Shown here piece by piece: positions 15,019 to 23,323 of a stretch of DNA of 30,067 bases. The position numbers and the translations under genes were made by a program. The notes below the pieces were generated by a model, which was not told the origin of the DNA, made no database searches, and worked only from the letters and a program-made list of their open reading frames with translations. Source of the DNA: Dehalococcoidia bacterium (GTDB lineage Bacteria > Chloroflexota > Dehalococcoidia > Lucifugimonadales > UBA3495); the NCBI GenBank assembly GCA_030740155.1, contig JASLXV010000048.1, positions 1-30,067 on the forward strand, written 5' to 3'. Position 1 is the stretch's first letter; each line of letters starts with the position of its first letter.

Positions 15019-17886
15019 ATGCGCAGCCTGGCGTTGCTGGTGGGTCTGGCGTCGGTGGTGCTGTTCTCCGCCGTGGCCGCGGATTTGCTTGGTGGTTCCC
15101 GCATCGCCTGGGCCGATGACGATCATGGGGACTACCGGACCCAAGCCACACCCCTGGAAGTTGGCGCCGGCCTGGTCACCGGCGAAATCAGTTCCACCGA
15201 AATCCTCTTCGATGTCGACTATTTCTCCTTCACTGCCCTGCGGGGGACGCGCTACACCCTCGTGTTGGACCTGGTCACCATCGAGAACGCCAACATGCAG
15301 GTGGTTAATTCCGTGGACCGGGGGGCGGGAAGCTCACCGGGCCAGGTCTTTACGACCTTGGCCAGCGGGAAGAGCGTAGAGTGGATAGCGCGTACCCCCG
15401 ACACCTATTTTGTCGAAGTCTCCGGCACCATGGACGCTGTGACTGGATTGGACATCCTGGGCGGCTACACGCTGGAAGTGACCGCCGACGCTTCCTTGGA
15501 AGACCGGCACAGCGAGATCCTGGTTGGAGCAACCCCCATTGAAACCGACAACATCTATCAGGGCGCCATCAGTCCCTGGACCAACCAGCCCGGCCTGGCC
15601 GGGGGTAATCAGGGCGGTGATGACCACGATTACTTCTCCTTCCCGGCCTCCAGAGGCGTGAAGTACACCGTCAGCGTCGAGCTTGGCACCGCGGAAGGGG
15701 TGGAAATCTCCGTGGTCACGCCAACCGGCGCCACCGAGGTTTCGACCGGAGGTATCGGCACCAGCCTCGAGTGGATTTCCCCGGCGTCGGCCACCTATTT
15801 TATAGACGTATCCGGCTCCAGCCGGTTCAGGGATTCCATAGGCACCTACCTGGTCCAACTCAGCGCTGATACCGTTTTCGAGGATCGGCACAGCGATGCC
15901 CATTCCGGAGCGACACCCGTTAACTTCGGCAACGCGCATGAGGGAGCAATCAGTCCGGGGGACGACCAGGACATCTTCTCTTTCCAGGCGGTTAGAGGCG
16001 CGAGATACGCCGTCGCCGCCGATTTGGGCACGGTGCAAGGCATCGGCCTTTCGTTTGAAGGACCCACGGGAAACACCGTGGCCTCCAACGGCGGCATTGG
16101 CACTCAGGTCGAATGGCTGGCCACGGCCACCGGCACTTACTATGTGGTCGCCTCCAGTTCATCCCAGGTCAGAGACCCCGTGGGCACCTATTCCCTCATT
16201 GTCGATGGGGATACCACCCTCAAGGACCGGCATGGGGATTCGAGGAGCGAATCCACTGTCACCAACTTTGGCAACGAACACCAGAGTGCGATCAGCCCGG
16301 CCAACGACCGCGACTACTTCTCATTTCAGGCCAGGCGTGGGGTCACCTATTCCATCGACGTGGTGCTGGGTACCGCCGAGGGTGTGGAGATAGAGGTGGC
16401 GAAGCCCGGCGCCGGAACGGAGGTCTCGAACGGGGGAGTGGGCACTAATATCGAATGGACCGCGCCTGTTAGCGACGTCTACTACGTCGTCATTGCCGCC
16501 GCGGCCCAGGTTGACGACCCCATCGGCACCTACACTCTCAGAGTCGAAGCGACGATCGCGCTGGAGGACCGCCACGGCGAGACCCGGGAAACTGCTACCC
16601 CGGCCACCATCGGAAGCACTTACCAGGCAGCTATCAGCCCCCGGGGAGATTACGACTACTTCTCCTTCCGGGCCAGCAGGGGAGTGAAATATATCTTCGA
16701 GCTGATGTATGGCACGGCCTCTGCCGTATCTCTCACGGTGGACAAGATTGGCGGTGGCTCCGATACCGGCGCCAGAAACTATGGAGAAGGCACCGACGTA
16801 GTCTGGACCGCCCCCGACAGCGATGACTATTTCATCGAGGTCTCCGGGTCGCCCAGGGTTGAAGACCCCACCGGCACCTACCGGCTGAAGATCACCGCGG
16901 ATGCATCTCTGGAGGACCGGCATGGCGGAGTACCCGCCAACGCTACTCGGATCATCGTTGGCAACGCCATGGCCGGCGCCATAAGCCCCCCCGACGACCT
17001 CGACTACTTCTACCTCGACGCGGAGCAAGGCGACGAATATACTGTCCAGGTGGATTTGGGCTCGGCTGAAAACGTCGAATTCACGGTCAGCCACGCGCTG
17101 TTGGGGTTCACCGCTTCCAACTACGGTAGCGGCACCACCCTCTCCTGGCAGGCGCCGATAACCGGCCGGTACGTTCTGGTGGTTTCGAGGTCAAACGAGG
17201 CAATCGATCCCGCCGGGACCTACCAGGTCACCATCCTATCCGGGATCGGCGTGCCCGTTCCGACCCCCACACCCACGCCCACACCCACGCCGACGCCCGC
17301 CGGTCCGACTCCGACTCCGCCGGGGCCGGCGCTGATAGTTGAGTCCCGGATGGGGTCTTCGGGCGCGACTGTCCGCGTCCCGGTGGTGCTGGAAGGGGCG
17401 CAGGAGCTGAGCAGCCTGGGCTTCACCCTTGGCTACGACCCGGCGGTGCTGGAGGTGGTCAGGGTCCTGCGGGGCTCCCGTCTGTCTGGCGCCACCTTTA
17501 GCTACAACGCGGACGTTCCCGGCGTTATCCGCCTGGGATTCTCTTCCACCAGCGGAGTGAGTAGCGGTGGCTCGGCCGTGATAGTAGAGTTCAGAATCCT
17601 TGGAGAGGAGGGCGCCAGTAGCCCGCTGATCCTCTCGGAGGACCTGGCCAGCGACTTCGCCAGCAAGCTCTTGCCGCTCCGCCTCGTCGATGGCGAGGTG
17701 ACCGTCGGAGAGCGGATTGGCGGAGATGGCAACGGGGACGGAAGAATCACTGTGCTGGACGCTCTCATCGCCCTTAGGATCTCCGGAGAACTAAGCCCGG
17801 CGGACTCGGTGATGGACGTAAACCGGGACGGGCAAGTCACGGCGGAAGACGCCCTGCAAATCATGGCATGGGCGAGGCCCGGGTAG
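15019..17886 (+). CDS. Secreted multidomain protein: signal peptide, 6 PPC-like repeats, Pro/Thr linker, cohesin, C-terminal dockerin
   Basis: Signal MRSLALLVGLASVVLFSAVA...AWA; six D-[DR]-H...ISx..D.DyFsF.A..G..Y...W.a..sg.Y repeats; a PT run; cohesin VPV.L...F.L.YDPAVLEV; dockerin GDGNGDGRITVLDA / DVNRDGQVTAEDA. The start could also be 14995 or 15001. Confidence 0.88.
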   Translation: MRSLALLVGLASVVLFSAVAADLLGGSRIAWADDDHGDYRTQATPLEVGAGLVTGEISSTEILFDVDYFSFTALRGTRYTLVLDLVTIENANMQVVNSVDRGAGSSPGQVFTTLASGKSVEWIARTPDTYFVEVSGTMDAVTGLDILGGYTLEVTADASLEDRHSEILVGATPIETDNIYQGAISPWTNQPGLAGGNQGGDDHDYFSFPASRGVKYTVSVELGTAEGVEISVVTPTGATEVSTGGIGTSLEWISPASATYFIDVSGSSRFRDSIGTYLVQLSADTVFEDRHSDAHSGATPVNFGNAHEGAISPGDDQDIFSFQAVRGARYAVAADLGTVQGIGLSFEGPTGNTVASNGGIGTQVEWLATATGTYYVVASSSSQVRDPVGTYSLIVDGDTTLKDRHGDSRSESTVTNFGNEHQSAISPANDRDYFSFQARRGVTYSIDVVLGTAEGVEIEVAKPGAGTEVSNGGVGTNIEWTAPVSDVYYVVIAAAAQVDDPIGTYTLRVEATIALEDRHGETRETATPATIGSTYQAAISPRGDYDYFSFRASRGVKYIFELMYGTASAVSLTVDKIGGGSDTGARNYGEGTDVVWTAPDSDDYFIEVSGSPRVEDPTGTYRLKITADASLEDRHGGVPANATRIIVGNAMAGAISPPDDLDYFYLDAEQGDEYTVQVDLGSAENVEFTVSHALLGFTASNYGSGTTLSWQAPITGRYVLVVSRSNEAIDPAGTYQVTILSGIGVPVPTPTPTPTPTPTPAGPTPTPPGPALIVESRMGSSGATVRVPVVLEGAQELSSLGFTLGYDPAVLEVVRVLRGSRLSGATFSYNADVPGVIRLGFSSTSGVSSGGSAVIVEFRILGEEGASSPLILSEDLASDFASKLLPLRLVDGEVTVGERIGGDGNGDGRITVLDALIALRISGELSPADSVMDVNRDGQVTAEDALQIMAWARPG
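15115..17238 (+). repeat. Six tandem about 115-128 aa PPC-like domain repeats
   Basis: Units begin DDHGD (about 15118), EDRHS (15499), EDRHS (15880), KDRHG (16222), EDRHG (16564) and EDRHG (16912). Confidence 0.9.
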
Positions 17887-17896
17887 AGGAGCCGGC

Positions 17897-18613
17897 ATGA
17901 AGTGGTTCCTGGACATATCGTTTCTGGCCTTGAGCGCCAGCAAATATTGGGTGCTGGGCGGGCTTGCGGCCGTGGTGATTCTCGTGGGGGCGCTATTTGT
18001 ATTCGGCGTCTTCGGCGGCGACGATGAAGTGACGCCCGATCCCACGCCGACTCCGGCCCCAACACTTGCTCCAACTAAGAAACCCGCACCTACAGCTTTA
18101 CCCACGGCGGCGCCTACGGCTACGCCGGCTCCCACGGCTCCCCCGGCCACGCCGCTGCCCACGGCGACACCACTGATTGTCGCCACCCCGGTTGCCACTC
18201 TCGAGCCAACCCCTGCTCCTCCTACCGACATCGTGGCGCCTATCTACCTGGAACAGGCCAACAACGTGGGAAGCTTGGAATTCGTCTTGCTGTACGAGCC
18301 GGCGGTCCTGCGGGTGGCCAAAATCGAGCCGGGCGCTCTGGCGGGCAGTGCGCTGATCGAGACCAGCGATGGGTCCCCGGGCCAAGTTTGGGCGGGAATG
18401 ATCGACGTTAACGGTATGAACGGAGATGGCCCCGTGGCCGTAATCACCTTCGAGATAGTTGGGGCCAGCGGGTCGACCAGCCCGCTGACCTTGCAGGATG
18501 TGGCCGCTCACGATGCCACCACCTTGCTGGACATCCTCACCGAGGTTTCAGCGGGCAGCTTCGCGGTCGACGACCAAGCCCTCACCGCTCCAACCCTGGC
18601 CTTTCTTCCCTAG
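17897..18613 (+). CDS. Membrane-anchored cohesin-domain protein with a Pro/Thr/Ala stalk
   Basis: N-terminal TM segment (YWVLGGLAAVVILVGALFVFGVF), about 65 aa PT-rich linker and a cohesin that aligns without gaps to the upstream one (SLEFVLLYEPAVLRV...PGQV...SPLTL). GAGGAG RBS; start 10 nt after the upstream stop. Confidence 0.85.
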   Translation: MKWFLDISFLALSASKYWVLGGLAAVVILVGALFVFGVFGGDDEVTPDPTPTPAPTLAPTKKPAPTALPTAAPTATPAPTAPPATPLPTATPLIVATPVATLEPTPAPPTDIVAPIYLEQANNVGSLEFVLLYEPAVLRVAKIEPGALAGSALIETSDGSPGQVWAGMIDVNGMNGDGPVAVITFEIVGASGSTSPLTLQDVAAHDATTLLDILTEVSAGSFAVDDQALTAPTLAFLP

Positions 18614-18630
18614 CCTGCCCGCAGTCCCCG

Positions 18631-18654
18631 GCCCGCCGGGCCCGGGCGGGCTTT
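18631..18654 (+). terminator. Hairpin closing the cohesin operon
   Basis: GCCCGCC-N7-GGCGGGC followed by TTT. Confidence 0.5.
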
Positions 18655-18741
18655 CCCCCGCGCTGTATTCAAGGCACCGATTCCCGCCTACCCGGTTTTC
18701 GACTACAATGTAGGCCTCCAACTTTCCGAGGAGGGAGCAAT

Positions 18742-19158
18742 ATGGCATCGATCACACTCGCGGAAGCGGAAAAGGCGCTGGCGGCGGCCAAAGCTAAGGT
18801 CTTGGCAATGGGCGCCAAGATGAGCGTTTCGGTGGTTGATCCCAGGGGCGACCTGATCGCCATGTTCCGGACCGACGGCGCCTCGTGGCGGACACCAGCA
18901 ATATCCCGGGGCAAAGCGTTGGCCGCGGCCTGTTTCGGCCGGTCCAGCGCCGATATGGCGGACAACGCCCAGTCGCCGGTCCTGCGGGGTCTCATGGCCA
19001 TGGAGGGAGGACACATGATCCCCGGCCAGGGCGCGCTGCCCGCGTTTCGTGACGGCGAGATTGTCGGCGCCATCGGCGGTAGTGGCGGCACCGGCCAGCA
19101 GGACGAGGATGCCGCGAGGGCGGGAATCGAGGCTGCGGGGCTTTCAACCAAAGGCTAG
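18742..19158 (+). CDS. GlcG/HbpS-family heme-binding protein
   Basis: SVSVVDPRG.L..M.R.DGA, S.GKA and GAIGGSGGTGQQDE..A.AG. Confidence 0.9.
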   Translation: MASITLAEAEKALAAAKAKVLAMGAKMSVSVVDPRGDLIAMFRTDGASWRTPAISRGKALAAACFGRSSADMADNAQSPVLRGLMAMEGGHMIPGQGALPAFRDGEIVGAIGGSGGTGQQDEDAARAGIEAAGLSTKG

Positions 19159-19190
19159 TACCTGGTATCGGGAGTAACCGCTCGGATCAT

Positions 19191-19253
19191 CCGCTCGCCC
19201 TGAGCTTGTTGAGGGGCCTGGGGCCGGTGGTTCGACAAGCTTACCACGAACGG
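19191..19253. repeat. REP-like inverted pair
   Basis: CCGCTCGCCCTGAGCTTGTTGAGGG ... GTGGTTCGACAAGCTTACCACGAACGG, an imperfect inverted repeat. Confidence 0.7.
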
Positions 19254-19309
19254 GGAAAATCCCTACGAACTGTGTTGGTGACGCCCTTTTTCGAGAGGAA
19301 GTACCAGTA

Positions 19310-19836
19310 ATGCTCGAGAGGATAGCCGTCGTACAGGGTGACCTTACCCTGCTACAGGCCGACGGCATCGTTAACGCCGCCAACCGCTCCCTTCTGGGCG
19401 GCGGCGGTGTCGACGGAGCGATCCATCGTGCCGCCGGGCCGCGGTTGCTCGAAGAGTGCCGGAGCCTGGGAGGCTGCGAGACGGGCGACGCCAAGATCAC
19501 CGGGGGCTATGGCCTGGCCGCGCTCTGGGTGATTCACACCGTTGGACCGGTGTGGTGGGGGGGGGCGGACACGCCGAGGATGAGCTGTTGGCCCGGTGCT
19601 ACCGGAGTTGTTTCGCCCTCGCGGAGCGGCACGCCATGCGCTCCATCGGGTTCCCGGCCATCAGCACCGGAGCCTACCGCTTTCCCCTGGAACGGGCCAC
19701 CTTGATCGCGCTCACCGAGACCAGGGACTTTCTGCGGACGAGTGAGTCGGTCAAACATGTGAGCTTCGTCTGCTTTACGCCACTTGCCTACCAGTGCTAC
19801 TTGACCACCATGGAAGCATTAACCGGACCGGAATAA
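19310..19836 (+). pseudogene. ymdB: Macrodomain O-acetyl-ADP-ribose deacetylase (YmdB-like), frameshifted at a G9 tract
   Basis: Frame 1 carries [31 protein letters not shown]...VIHTVGPVW. Frame 2 carries EDELLARCY...[12 protein letters not shown]. The switch falls at G9 19557-19565. Confidence 0.88.
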
Positions 19837-20067
19837 TGCGTCACCCGGCGCTCGGCCGGCCGGCCGCTGTGATCTCTTGCGAGCCATTTCCTTCCTCCCG
19901 TGAAGGGTGACATGTTTCAGAGTGCTTTTGACCCAAGGCCATTCTGCATGGAATTTGCCGAACGGGGCTCCAGATCTTGGATCCGGCCGGAGTGACACGG
20001 CGGAATGCCACTTAGCGCCACCTCGTGATACCATCGAAAGGGCGACTAAGTTAGAACGAGGTGTACT

Positions 20068-21513
20068 TTGGACTCTATCCCGCTGGCACTGACCTTTGAT
20101 GATGTGCTGCTGAGGCCACGGTTTTCGTCTGTCATCAGCCGACGAGACGTGGACTGCAGCGCCCGGTTCACCAAGCAAATTATTCTCAAAGCCCCGTTCG
20201 TTAGTTCCAACATGGATACGGTCACTGGGGCGAGGATGGCCATCGCCGTGGCGGAATTTGGCGGGATCGGTGTCACTCACCGGTTCCTACCCATAGACGC
20301 CCAGGTGAAGCAGGTGGTCAAGGTGAAGCGCTACCAGAGCCGGGTCATCGAAGACCCCTACACAGTTTCGCCAAACGCCACGGTCGGCGAAGCGCGGCAG
20401 TTCATGCAACAGCTGAACATTCACGGGCTGCCGGTGCTTGGAGAGGATCGGACCCTCCTCGGCATCTTGACCTGGCGTGACGTTGAATTGACCGAGGAGG
20501 GTACCTCGGTCGCGGAGCGCATGACGCCGTTGGAGCGCCTGTTGAGTGCTCCTTCCGGGGTTTCGATGGAGTGGGCCCGTCAAGCGCTGTCCGAGCGGCG
20601 TCTGGAAAAGCTGCCCTTGGTGGACGGACAAGGCCGGCTGGTGGGCCTGATCACCGCCAAGGACCTGGCCCGTGACTTGGCCCTGACCATGGCGACCCGC
20701 GACGAGAAAGGGCGCCTGCGGGTGGCGGCGGCGGTAGGTGTGGTGGGCGATTTCCTGGAACGCGCCCGTGATCTGGTGGAGGCGGGGGCCGACGCCCTGG
20801 TGGTGGATATCGCCCACGGCGACTCGGCCCAGATGCTATCCGCCGTTCGCCAGCTCCGGGAGTGTTTTGGGGCCATTCCTCTGGTGGCCGGAAACGTGGC
20901 TACCGCCGAGGGTACTGAACGTGTAATCGAGTCTGGGGTTGACGCCGTCAAGGTTGGAGTGGGTCCAGGGTCCATGTGCATCACCCGGCAGATGGCGGGG
21001 GTTGGCGTGCCTCAGTTTACTGCGTTGCTGGAGGCCGCCGAGGTGGCTCACAAGCACGATGTGCCCGTAATCGCCGACGGAGGCGTCCGAAACCCGGGCG
21101 ATGTCGCCAAGGCCATCGGCGCCGGGGCCTCCACGATAATGCTGGGCTCCCTGCTGGCGGGAACCGACGAGAGCCCCGGGTTTGTCATAGTGCGCAAGGG
21201 CAGGAAGATGAAAGTGGCCCGGGGGATGGCGTCCACCGAGGCGGCCATGGACCGGGCTATCCGGGACGATCCGACGGTGGGGTGGGGCGGCGGGTCATCG
21301 TCCGGATTGGAGGTGACGGCGGAGGGCGTCCAGGCGCCGGTGCCCCACCGGGGATCTGCCAAGGAGGTCATGCAGCACTTGCTGGCGGGCCTGCGGTCCG
21401 GAATGAGCTACTGTGACGCCAAGAACATCGAGCAGATGTGGCAGAAAGCGAGGTTCGTGCGTCAGACGGAGAGCGGGATACGGGAGGCCGGGACTCAGGA
21501 AGTGGACTGGTAG
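20068..21513 (+). CDS. IMPDH/GMP-reductase family protein with a CBS pair
   Basis: [17 protein letters not shown], two CBS domains, [17 protein letters not shown] (catalytic Cys), IADGG and GLRSGMSY. Confidence 0.93.
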   Translation: MDSIPLALTFDDVLLRPRFSSVISRRDVDCSARFTKQIILKAPFVSSNMDTVTGARMAIAVAEFGGIGVTHRFLPIDAQVKQVVKVKRYQSRVIEDPYTVSPNATVGEARQFMQQLNIHGLPVLGEDRTLLGILTWRDVELTEEGTSVAERMTPLERLLSAPSGVSMEWARQALSERRLEKLPLVDGQGRLVGLITAKDLARDLALTMATRDEKGRLRVAAAVGVVGDFLERARDLVEAGADALVVDIAHGDSAQMLSAVRQLRECFGAIPLVAGNVATAEGTERVIESGVDAVKVGVGPGSMCITRQMAGVGVPQFTALLEAAEVAHKHDVPVIADGGVRNPGDVAKAIGAGASTIMLGSLLAGTDESPGFVIVRKGRKMKVARGMASTEAAMDRAIRDDPTVGWGGGSSSGLEVTAEGVQAPVPHRGSAKEVMQHLLAGLRSGMSYCDAKNIEQMWQKARFVRQTESGIREAGTQEVDW

Positions 21514-21550
21514 GGGATTTCCCAAAGAGTCCAAGGCAGGCCGCCTTCGG

Positions 21551-21576
21551 TCCTTCAACAATCTCAGGACGAACGG
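21551..21576 (+). repeat. REP-like half element
   Basis: TCCTTCAACAATCTCAGGACGAACGG, the same family as the 3' arm at 19227-19253. Confidence 0.55.
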
Positions 21577-21727
21577 ATAGTTCCCGCTAGTGGTGACGCC
21601 CATTGAAGCGCGGCCGCCGGCTATTGTATAGGCCCTACGAGGACTATCCCAGGAGACTGGGGTCCCCGGAGAACCCCTCCGGAAAGGACTCGGGTGGGGA
21701 GCCCACCGCGGAATTCCGCCATTGCTT

Positions 21728-23323
21728 CTAGGAGTTCTGGGTCTGGGACGGGCTCCGGCGGGCGAAGCGAAGCCGACGGAGCGGCATTTTGCGGCGCCGG
21801 GAGACGTCGGCAACGAACTTGGCCGCGGTACCGGTCCAGTGATGGCCGGGCAGCACGCGCATGGAGCCGGTGTATTTGGGGTGTTTTACGGCGTAGTCTC
21901 GCACCTGCTCGATGGTGACCTCGTTGGCCGCCAGGACCTCGGCCATTTCCTCCCTGGCCCTGACTTTGGCCTCGAACAGCTTCATCTGGACGCGGCTCTT
22001 GACGTTAACCTCGCCGTCGCCCGAGGTTTCGATGGGGATGTAGATGGCGCTCTTGTAGTCCGCAACCACCTTGCTCTGCACTCCGTCACTCATCGTGGAG
22101 GGCATGCAGCCGAACGGTTTGAGGGAGATCACCATATGGGCGTGCCGTTCCTTGGCGACCATGACGTTCTTCCCCACCTCCAGGTGTCCCTCTCCCCCCC
22201 GTAGATGGGTGTTGTAGTAGGCGTGGGCGTACTCGGCCAGTTTTTTCTGATTGGGCAGAGCCTCGGGCTTGAACCCCAGGGACCATCGGTACAAGTTATA
22301 CCACCAACGGATACCGATCTGGAACAGCTTTATTTTTCGAATCAACTTCTTCTTGGATTTGTCGATTAGCAGCTTCTCTTCTGCGTTCTGCCTGGCAATG
22401 TGGATCAAGTATTCGATCCACGTTCCGAGGGGCTCCACCGCCACCTCAGCCCCTTCAGACTCCAACCAACGGAAAAGCTTGTAGTTGCCGTCGCCTTCGG
22501 TGGTCTGAGCCCAGAACTCGCCGATGATCTTCACCTTGGGCTTGACCCGGGTGTAGTCGACCTGGATGGCGGCGAATCGCTTTCTGAACCGGCGGAGGAC
22601 CCGCCAGGCCGCGCGCCCCTCCCTCAGGGCTTCACCCACGGCGGCCTTGGCTTCTTCGATGACCTGGTCGGTCTCCCCCGAGTTAACCTCGTACGGGCGG
22701 ATCTGATACCCCAGGTCGTTGATCACGTCGCCCAGCATGAAGCTTTGAAGCAAGGCCCTCGCAAACCCGGCGTTGATCTGAAGGGCGGCGTCTTCCGCGC
22801 TCTGGCCCAGCCCGCCGCTCTGCTGGAACAGCAATACCCGGAATCTTCCGAAGCCCGCGTCGCGAAGCGCCTTGCGGTACTCAGCTTCGTACATACCAAA
22901 ACGGCAGGGTCCGCAGCCGCCGGCCGTGACGAACACGTAGCGGTCCTCGATGTCCTGCTCGCCCTGGGCCCGAAGTAGCTTGAGGTGTTTGAGCAGGTTG
23001 CCCACGGTGTAGTAATTGGGATTGCATTGGCCGCGGCTACCCAGTTCCTTGCCCAGTGCCAGGGCCTCGTTGTCCGGGGTAGGAAGATGACGTATGTTGT
23101 AGCCCAGCCGCCGCATCGACTCCGAGAGCAGGTGTTCGTGGGCTACGGATAGGCCTCCCCACAAGATGGTTGTGGTCTTTTTCTGGGAGTTGGTGAAAGG
23201 GCGCTCGACCGGCCTTTGGAAGTGCCGGACCTCCCTTGATTCCAGGCCCATCTCCTTGCGAAGGCGGCCTTCGTATTCCAGGGCCCTATCTTCGATCTCC
23301 CGCTCGTGCAGTAGCTTGGCCAT
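21728..23323 (-). CDS. 2-hydroxyacyl-CoA dehydratase-like Fe-S protein (PlsR-like partner of the activase)
   Basis: GQCNP, AGGCGPCRFGMY, KVKIIGEFW, GGEG and LKPFGCMP. The ATG overlaps the upstream TAA (TAATG). Confidence 0.8.
   Translation of the reverse strand: MAKLLHEREIEDRALEYEGRLRKEMGLESREVRHFQRPVERPFTNSQKKTTTILWGGLSVAHEHLLSESMRRLGYNIRHLPTPDNEALALGKELGSRGQCNPNYYTVGNLLKHLKLLRAQGEQDIEDRYVFVTAGGCGPCRFGMYEAEYRKALRDAGFGRFRVLLFQQSGGLGQSAEDAALQINAGFARALLQSFMLGDVINDLGYQIRPYEVNSGETDQVIEEAKAAVGEALREGRAAWRVLRRFRKRFAAIQVDYTRVKPKVKIIGEFWAQTTEGDGNYKLFRWLESEGAEVAVEPLGTWIEYLIHIARQNAEEKLLIDKSKKKLIRKIKLFQIGIRWWYNLYRWSLGFKPEALPNQKKLAEYAHAYYNTHLRGGEGHLEVGKNVMVAKERHAHMVISLKPFGCMPSTMSDGVQSKVVADYKSAIYIPIETSGDGEVNVKSRVQMKLFEAKVRAREEMAEVLAANEVTIEQVRDYAVKHPKYTGSMRVLPGHHWTGTAAKFVADVSRRRKMPLRRLRFARRSPSQTQNS

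Noticed and set aside
15019..18613. True cellulosome
   Set aside because: There is no CBM or glycoside hydrolase and only one cohesin per protein.
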